Shown: piece after piece, positions 55,901 through 64,000 of the stretch
Layout of the letters: the number at the start of each line of letters is the position of its first letter
Numbering within the stretch: the first letter of the stretch is position 1
Assembly: GCA_964016885.1 (NCBI GenBank)
Contig: OZ024750.1
Span: 28,396,001-28,460,000 of the forward strand
Origin: Eledone cirrhosa
Lineage: Eukaryota
Reading direction: 5' to 3'
DNA length: 64,000 nucleotides
Notes under the pieces: model-generated
Seen by the model: the letters and a program-made list of their open reading frames with translations, nothing else
What the model was told of the DNA's origin: nothing
Databases searched by the model: none
Position numbers and translations under genes: made by a program

Positions 55901-55992
55901 CTAAGTGAAGTCTTTTCGAATGTGAAACCTTAAAGTTACTAAGTGAAGCCTTTTTCGAATGTGAAACCTTAAAGTTACTAAGTGAAGCCTTT
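31989..55992. repeat. 24-kb satellite, 37/38-bp unit GAA(C/T)GTGAAACCTTAAAGTTACTAA(G/A)TGAAGTCTTT(T)C, about 640 copies
   Basis: Uninterrupted array; copy number estimated as length divided by unit size. Confidence 0.99.
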
Positions 55993-56417
55993 AACTACAC
56001 AGCCATGTTTACGTCAGGAATAGCTTAAAAAGAAACTACTTGCGTTGTTGAAAGAAAAAAACTGAATGCAAGAAAAATGGCATTGAGTGTACCATTAATT
56101 AAACAATTATACTTAAAAAAAAAGAAACTACCCCAATGACAACACAAACATAAAGTGTGAAGAGAAAGGAGAAAAAAGGATTTCAGAAAAGATTACAGAA
56201 AAAAAATAAAAATAAATAGGGGTAGGAGAGGTGAGACTACCACTAGCCAGCCAGAAGGATTTTTTTTAACATACCAAGATTAAATAGACAACATGAAGAA
56301 GACACACCATGCACATGTCTGTAACAAAAAAAGTCCAGCCGTTACGAAAACTCAGCGAATTTTCATTGAGAGAGCGACATCAAAGTAAAAGGACGTGCTC
56401 AGCACATTGAAAAGAGA

Positions 56418-56426
56418 TTAGCGTGT
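56418..56426 (-). CDS. Candidate terminal coding exon (TR*), pairing with the candidate exon at 60104-60192
   Basis: Long polypyrimidine tract ending CCATTCAG| on the minus strand, then ACA CGC TAA in phase 0. Confidence 0.2.
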   Translation of the reverse strand, partial: TR

Positions 56427-56849
56427 CTGAATGGAGGAAGAGGAAAGTAAAAAGAAAGAAATACAAGATAAAAGCAACAGTGTGTTTATGTGTAGCTACT
56501 GAAGCTGGTATGATTTGAAAGTTTACATTTTGGCTAGTGTCAGTGTTTAAATATGTTGGAATATAACACACGCCTGAGATGAATATTTATATGCACTCTG
56601 TGTGTGTATATATATATATGTGTGTGTGTGTGTGCGTGTGTATATGTATATATATGTGTGTGTGTGTGTATATATGTGTGTGTATATATATATATATGTG
56701 TGTGTGTGTATATATGTGTGTGTGTGTGTGTCTTGTGTGTCTTGTGTGTTTATTTGAATGCGTGTGTGGGGAGCCTGAGAACGTTGCCTCTGTATGTGCA
56801 TCTGTCTATTTACAAATACTCATTTACATATACCCTATGTGTGTGTGTG

Positions 56850-56885
<36 letters not shown>

Positions 56886-57368
56886 CGTGTGTGTGTGTGT
56901 GTGTGTGAAAGAGGGAGAGGGAGTGTGTGAGTGTATAAGTGTGTGACAGAGAGAGGAAGGGAGTATGTGCGTGTGTGTATGTATGTATGTATGTGACAGA
57001 GAGATAGAGGGAGGGACAGAGCAATAGAGGTAGGGAGTGTGTATGTGTGTATGTATGCGTATGTATGTGCATGTGTGTATGTATGTGACAGAGCGAGAGG
57101 GGGGAGAGGTAGGGAGTATGTGTGTACACGACAAGCAGACTAAGAAGTAAATGATCAGCTAACCGATGGGATATTGTTACAAGAACAGGTAAATACCGTC
57201 TTGTAATAAAGCTTTGAACAATTGTTGACGGGCAATAGCTTACATGGAAACAAATCGTAAACAAATATTTACTGTCACAACCATATTGTTATGAATTCAA
57301 CTGTACTTTTGATAAGGCTGCTAAGCATTCGTCATGAAGAAGCTATGTGAAAATGCAATCTGTTGGTA

Positions 57369-57690
57369 AAGAAAGCTTCTGACAACATTTTAATAAGGAA
57401 ACCACTTTAGTTTTTGTGATCTCTAACATTTTCTTGCTTTTTTCTCTCTGTAGTTTCACCCGATAGTAATTCCTTTTCTCCAGTGGTAGTTGACTTTTCG
57501 GACCTCACGGACCTCTGGACCTCACGGACCTGAAGGACCACTAAATTCAGAAAGCTTCTGACATAACATTTTAATAAGGAAACCACTTTAGTTTTTGTGA
57601 TCTCTAACATTTTGTTTTTTTCTCTGTAGTTTCACCCGATAGTATTTCCTTTTTTTCCAGTGGTAGCCAACCTTTCGGACCTCACGGACT
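57369..57690. repeat. About 180-bp direct tandem duplication with GGACCTCAC subrepeats
   Basis: AGAAAGCTTCTGACA..TTTCACCCGATAGTA..TTTCGGACCTCACGGAC occurs twice. Confidence 0.9.
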
Positions 57691-57924
57691 AATAAATTCA
57701 TAATTTTAAATCCGCTGATCACTAATATGAATTAATGGTTACTGGTCAAAGGTCGAAACAATACTGAAGCGTACGTGTGTCATATTGTCGATAGATGATA
57801 TATATGTGTAAAATTATTTCATGGCTGTTAGTTCTTTACTGAGGAGAAACATTTTTTAGGGGTGTTATAATATTATATTTTAACCGAATATTATTTTTGT
57901 TTTATTATTAATAGGGTGGTGTAG

Positions 57925-58080
57925 GGCGGTGGATTGGCAGTATCGGTAGAGAGACGAACGCCATGCTTTGTAGCATAGAGTTACGGCCCTTTATTCAGGA
58001 AAGTAAATATTTATATATTTATACTCTGCTATGTATTGAGTACCTTACTTACTGTGGTTACACCCGATTGAACCCGGGAT
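57925..58080 (+). mobile_element. SINE family 1 5' fragment joined to the 3' tail of family E (reverse match to 62905-62972)
   Basis: TACTCTGC.ATGTATTGAGTAC..CCCGATTGAACCCGGGATA. Confidence 0.75.
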
Positions 58081-58391
58081 ACACGCGCACGCACACACGC
58101 GTACACACACACACGTATCCCCCCCCCCCACACACACATATATATATATATATATATACCTAGCAGTTCGGTGGAATATGATCGATAAAATAAATAGCAA
58201 ACTTGAAGAAAAATGTATTTGGGTCGATAAGATCGATTAAATGAAGGTGGTGCTGCAGTATGGCCAGATTCTCTTTATGTCTTTCTTCCTTTCTGTCAGT
58301 CTTATTTTTTTCTATCCATCCATCCATGTATCTAACCATCTAACTATCTAACATAACCATATCCATCCATCCATCCATTTATCTATCTATC

Positions 58392-59385
58392 TTTCCGTCT
58401 CTGGCCTGACAGTATTACCGAGGAGCTCTACCAGTTCGAGACAAAATCTACAGGCACGGACGTCCTGGCAGAGATCCTGCCAAAAGGACCTGTCCAAGAT
58501 GCGAGCAGGACATCGAAACCGTTCTGCACGCAATTGTTCAGTGCCCACGGGGTGACCGATCTGTGGAATTATGTCGAACAGCTGCTGTCACGTGTGGGAC
58601 GCATCCAGTTGTCAGCCGAGTCCATCGTGAGGATCACCCCGCCGCCTTCATTTAAGAATGAAGGAAGGTCGGTTTTCCTCTGTCTGGTGGCTATGGCGAA
58701 AGAGGTAATATGGTGGATGAAGTTAAAAGGACTGAGGGCAAACACCTTTCTCTCCGGACAACAACTTATCCCCTTCATTAAGTATCACTTCAGAAGGAAG
58801 GCGAGAGTGGAGAGAGAGAGAGAGAGGTGCTACACCCCAGTGAATTCGTTGAAAGGTGGGTGAGTGTGGCGAAAAATGGCCCGAGTGAATGGGCCTTCTC
58901 TGTATATAAACCTGTAGGTTGAGGAAGACAAACAGAGGGAAGACGGCAACACCTAAAAAAGTGCTCCTGGTGTTGGGGGTTATTCAATCCACGGAGTGTA
59001 AAACAACTCCGCAGTAACGTCCCCCCCCCCCTCCCCATTGGGGACTTCGATTGTTTTATTTTGTATATATTTTATTGTTATCCATTATTGTTATTATTGT
59101 AAAAGGGCGGGGGATTGGCAGTATCGGTAGAGAGTCGGACGCCATGCTTTGCAGCATAGAGTTACCTCCCTTTATGATCTGAGTTCAAATCCCGCCGAGG
59201 TTAACTTTGCCTTTCATCCTTAGAGGGTCGATAAAATAAAGTACCAGTAATACACTGGGATAATTACTGGCCTTGTACCAAAAGTAGAAACAATTATTAT
59301 TGTTAAAGATTTTATGTAAAAACCCCGCCGTCACGTCTTGTAATGTCCCATTTTTGTACGCCCCTGTGACAAATAAAGAAATATA
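58392..59385 (+). pseudogene. 5'-truncated L1/Tx1-clade LINE 3' end (zf-RVT CCHC), with a SINE in the 3' UTR
   Basis: YRGALPVRDKIYRHG..CPRCEQDIETVLHAIVQCP /fs/ VTDLWNYVEQLLSR..AKEVIWW; AATAAAGAAA followed by (ATCT)n. Confidence 0.88.
59104..59298 (+). mobile_element. SINE family 1 nested in the LINE 3' UTR
   Basis: Full head to tail, flanked by a TTATTATTGT(A/T)AAAG duplication. Confidence 0.9.
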
Positions 59386-59480
59386 TCTATCTATCTAACT
59401 TATCTATCTATTCATCTATCTATCTATCTATCTATCTATCTATTCATCTATCTATCTATTCATCTATCTATCTATCTATC

Positions 59481-59808
59481 TGCACCCCAGTAAATTTACT
59501 GAAAGGTGGGTGAATGAAGCGAAAATGGCCCGAGTGATTGGGCCTTCTCTGTTTATAAGCCTGTAGGTTGAGGAAGAGAGCAAAAGGAAGAAAGGAGCAC
59601 TTGCACAACACGCTCCTTGAGTTGAGGGTTGTTCTATCGACGGGGTATTAAACAACCCATTTGTGGCGCCTCCCCCCTATTGGGGATTTCGATTGTTGAA
59701 ATTGTTTGTTTTTATATTTTTTACACGACTGTATGTAAAATCCCCGGCATGTCTTTGTATTGTCCCCTTTCTTGTTGCGCCCTTGTGGCTAATAAAGAAA
59801 TCTATCTA
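59481..59808 (+). mobile_element. Second, shorter 3' end of the same L1/Tx1 family
   Basis: Homologous to about 58830-59385 without the SINE; bounded by TATC repeats. Confidence 0.85.
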
Positions 59809-60103
59809 GTTGTAGTGCACCTGAGCACTGTACACAATAATTTCATTATTATTATCTATCCATCTATCTGTTTATATATCTAAGTTTGTTACATTTTTCT
59901 AAGTTTTCTATCTCCTTCATTTCTTGATAACTCCCTATCACTACTTATTTCCTTTGTCTGTCTTTCAATATTTTGTATCTTATTTGTCTCTCTTCCCTTT
60001 TACTCTCTTCGCCATCAAGTCATTAGCATGAACCTTACTAAATCTACAGGGATATTATACAACAAACGACCACAAACATATACAGACAAACAGACAAACA
60101 AAC

Positions 60104-60192
60104 AGTATCAATGTAGTCTATTGAAACAGAATAGACAAACAATGTTGGAGCTTGATCAGCAGATGTGAATATATAACTGGCAATGGTGACAT
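60104..60192 (-). CDS. Candidate 89-nt internal exon ([30 protein letters not shown]), gene unknown
   Basis: CACTTCTAG| acceptor, |GTTTGT donor, and a stop-free, complex sequence island between microsatellites. Confidence 0.35.
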
Positions 60193-60214
60193 CTAGAAGT
60201 GACGGTTGAAAGCA

Positions 60215-60221
60215 TACATAT

Positions 60222-60269
<48 letters not shown>

Positions 60270-60442
60270 GGACACACATATATATATAAATATATATGAA
60301 TACATATGCATACTTGTGCATATATATATATGAGTACATATGCATGTATATATATATGAATACATATACATATATATATATATGAATACATATACATATA
60401 TATATATATGAATACATATGAATATATATATGAATACATATG

Positions 60443-60505
<63 letters not shown>

Positions 60506-60665
60506 TATGTATATGAATACATATACATATATATATATATATATATATATGAATACATATGAATATATATATATATATATATATATATGAATGAATACAT
60601 ATGCATATATATATATATATATGAGTACATGTACATATGTACATATATATATATATGAGTACATA

Positions 60666-60699
<34 letters not shown>

Positions 60700-60731
60700 C
60701 ACAATATATATATATATATGAATACATATGC

Positions 60732-60762
<31 letters not shown>

Positions 60763-60960
60763 AATACATGTGCATATATATATATACACGCACACACACA
60801 TATATATATACACAGACACACACACGCACATATATATACACACACACCGACGCACACACGCGCGCACATATATATACGCACACACATACACACATATATA
60901 TACACGCACACACATATATATTGTCTGCCTCTCTGTTTTCATTCCTGTCCAAGTTTGCAC

Positions 60961-61044
<84 letters not shown>

Positions 61045-61436
61045 CGTGCGTGTGTTTGTGCGTGCGTGTGCGTGCGTGTGTGTGTGCGTGCGTGTGCGTA
61101 TAGGGGTGGGGGAGGTCTAACCCTTCCAAACTCCTTGTTGCTTTCTTTTCCTACAAACATAACAAGGCTTTCTCTTTTTCAATCCTTTTCACTGGACATA
61201 TGTAAATATAACAACATATTTTCTCCTTCCCCGCCTCCTCCATATTCAGCCTTCTACCTCCAGCTCCACCTCCTCTTATGTTCAAACAAACATACACAAC
61301 AACAACAACAACAACAACAACTGCAACACTTATACAAAGACCGACCATACATCAACCACCTGTACCTCTAACACCATAAGTCAGTTGTTGAAGGTTATTT
61401 TAATAGATTTATACATATAAATACACTCACATACGT

Positions 61437-61487
<51 letters not shown>

Positions 61488-61708
61488 CGCATATATATAT
61501 ATACATATATACACATACATACACGCATATATATACATATATACATATATACACACACACAATATATATATACTGTATATAAGTTTATATATATGTTTAT
61601 ATATATATATATTCATTTATATATATATATATATATATATATAAGTTTATATATATATATTCATTTATATATATATATATATATATATACATTTATATAT
61701 ATATATTC

Positions 61709-61775
<67 letters not shown>

Positions 61776-61844
61776 TTTATATATATATATATATATATAT
61801 AAGTTTATATATATATATTCATTTATATATATATATATATATAC

Positions 61845-61879
<35 letters not shown>

Positions 61880-62038
61880 TTTATATATATATATTCATTT
61901 ATATATATATATATACATTTATATATATATATATTCATTTATATATATATATATACATTTATATATATATATATAAGTTTATATATATATATTCATTTAT
62001 ATATATATATATATATATAAGTTTATATATATATATTC

Positions 62039-62079
<41 letters not shown>

Positions 62080-62400
62080 TTTATATATATATATATTCAT
62101 TTATATATATATATATACATTTATATATATATATATATATACATTTATATATATATATATATATATATATAAGTTTATATATATATATTCATTTATATAT
62201 ATATATATAAGTTTTTATATACATATTCATTTATATATATATATATATATATATAAGTTTTTATATACATATTCATTTATATATATATATATATAAATAT
62301 ATTAAATATATATAAGTTTATATATATATATATATATATAGATATATAAGTTTATATATATATATAAGTTATATTATATATATATATATATAAATATTAT

Positions 62401-62460
<60 letters not shown>
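60215..62460. repeat. (TA)/(CA)/(TG) microsatellite blocks with a short unique, CAA-containing island at 61100-61400
   Basis: Direct reading. Confidence 0.93.
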
Positions 62461-62463
<3 letters not shown>

Positions 62464-62603
62464 ATATATGTATAAATAAACACAATAAATTTCGTGTCTA
62501 AAATTACGAGGATAGAGAATGCCACTTTTTAAAATCTTAAACTTACCCTCGTAATTTTAGACACGAAATTTACTGTGTTTATTTATACATATATTACTAT
62601 ATA
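62455..62603. mobile_element. Inverted-repeat element (57-bp arms, 35-bp spacer) at the end of (TA)n
   Basis: 62455-62511 is the reverse complement of 62547-62603 with 1 mismatch. Confidence 0.75.
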
Positions 62604-62772
62604 ATTGTTTCTACTGTTGGCACAAAGCCAGCAATTATCCATTACATTACTGGTACTTTATTTTATCGACCCCGTAAGGATGAAAGGCAAAGTTAACCTC
62701 GGCGGGATTTGAACTCAGACTACAAAGGGACGTAACTATGCTAGAAAGCATGGCGTCCAACCCTCTACCGAA
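62600..62772 (-). mobile_element. SINE family 1
   Basis: Reverse complement of the core and head. Confidence 0.88.
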
Positions 62773-62848
62773 TGCTCAGTATTTATACTTTGAGCTTGTT
62801 TAATTGCAGGGTATCAATATGAGTTAATAACTCTATATTTTATTTGTA

Positions 62849-62900
<52 letters not shown>

Positions 62901-62902
<2 letters not shown>

Positions 62903-63068
62903 TTTATCCCGGGTTCAATCGGGGGTAAGCACAGTAAAGTACTCAATACATGGCAGAGTACAAATATATAAATGGCTTCTACAGGACTAGAACTGTTTCG
63001 TTCGGGAGAAATTATCAGGAAGCCTGATGATTTCTCCCGAATGAAACAGTTCTAGTCCGGTAGAAGCC

Positions 63069-63070
<2 letters not shown>
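62901..63070. mobile_element. Family E fold-back element with a hammerhead core
   Basis: Palindrome 62972-63070 (48-bp arms, AAG spacer). Right arm: CTGATGA(63024-63030)-tTTC TCCC GAAt-GAAA-CAGTTC-TA. AAGTACTCAATAC in the tail. Confidence 0.78.
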
Positions 63071-63142
<72 letters not shown>

Positions 63143-63287
63143 TGTGTGTGTGTGTGTGTGGATAAATCTACCAAAATATACGGTAGTGTCAAATCCGTAT
63201 GAAGAACTCAATGTAATCCAAATATCATGAAAAGAGAAGATGCATTCAAAATTTTTCGATGAAAAACACAGGAAAACAGAGTCAAGA

Positions 63288-63365
63288 TAAATTAATAAAA
63301 ACAATGAATAAAAACAAAGAACAAGTAGGAACTTGTTCTTTGTTTTTATTCTTTGTTTTTATTAA

Positions 63366-63369
<4 letters not shown>
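63288..63369. repeat. Palindrome (39-bp arms, 4-nt spacer) abutting (TA)n
   Basis: Direct reading; 1 mismatch. Confidence 0.85.
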
Positions 63370-63417
<48 letters not shown>

Positions 63418-64000
63418 CATGAAAAGAATGAATACTGCGTGGTTGCACATGGGTTACATATGGTAAAAATAGTCCTTCATCAGTGATTTTCCAACCATCA
63501 TTGGTATTTCATATATATATATACGCATATACAAACACACACACACGTGTATATATATATATATATATAAATAGATATATATATGAAAATATTCAGGACC
63601 CCACAGTCTGATTGTTGATCATATTAACTGGAACACTCGTCATCGTAACTGACGGAGGCCACTTTTAAAATCTCTAATTTCATGCATATTTTAAGTGTGT
63701 GAGAAAGAAAGAAAGAAAGAGTGTGTGTGTGGGGGGGGGGGTTCTGGTCTTATATAAATTTCCACCAATAGAGAGAGAGAGCCGGTTTCTAACAGAGATA
63801 AGACTCTTTCATTGGAATTTAGACATCAATTACATAAATGTGTGTGTGTATGTGTGTAGGTATCAGTGTTATTGCATGTGTGTATCTGCATGTTTTGTGT
63901 TATATGTCTATATGTATATGTTTCTGTATCTATACATGTGTATATGCAGTTATTACATGCAGAATTTCTGAAATGTTTTTAATATTCTTACAGTTCCATT

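Noticed and set aside
31989-55992. CRISPR array, heat-shock-element array or ribozyme array
   Set aside because: The units are contiguous with no unique spacers, and there are no cas genes. GAA/TTC spacing does not fit nGAAnnTTCn, and there is no CUGANGA.
61190-61400. Proline/poly-Q or poly-T coding island
   Set aside because: Low-complexity CCT/CAA sequence with several frames open and no convincing splice pair.

Overview
Repeat-dominated animal genomic DNA. The SINE families and (TA)/(CA)/(GA) microsatellite load suggest an octopod cephalopod (inference only). No intact protein-coding gene is identifiable. Nearly all ORF-track entries are microsatellite or minisatellite artefacts. The recognisable coding remnants are all from retroelements: an RTE-type RT and an RTE C-terminus, a Penelope GIY-YIG endonuclease, a CRE-type restriction-like endonuclease (two copies) and an L1/Tx1 zf-RVT end. 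The window also holds more than 12 copies of a tRNA-derived SINE and a second SINE family. Four unrelated tandem arrays cluster at 25.9-56.0 kb: 89 bp, 38 bp x66, 41 bp x8, and a 24-kb 37/38-bp satellite with kb-scale higher-order duplications. There is a 930-bp inverted duplication carrying a candidate exon, and a 200-N gap flanked by a probable assembly duplication. The most notable signal is a set of nine short fold-back (palindromic) elements, nearly all abutting (TA)n tracts. Several of these, and related non-palindromic relatives, carry complete, half or variant hammerhead-ribozyme cores, and the fold-back axis repeatedly falls in or beside the ribozyme. This fits a Penelope-like, (TA)n-targeting, ribozyme-bearing retroelement system.
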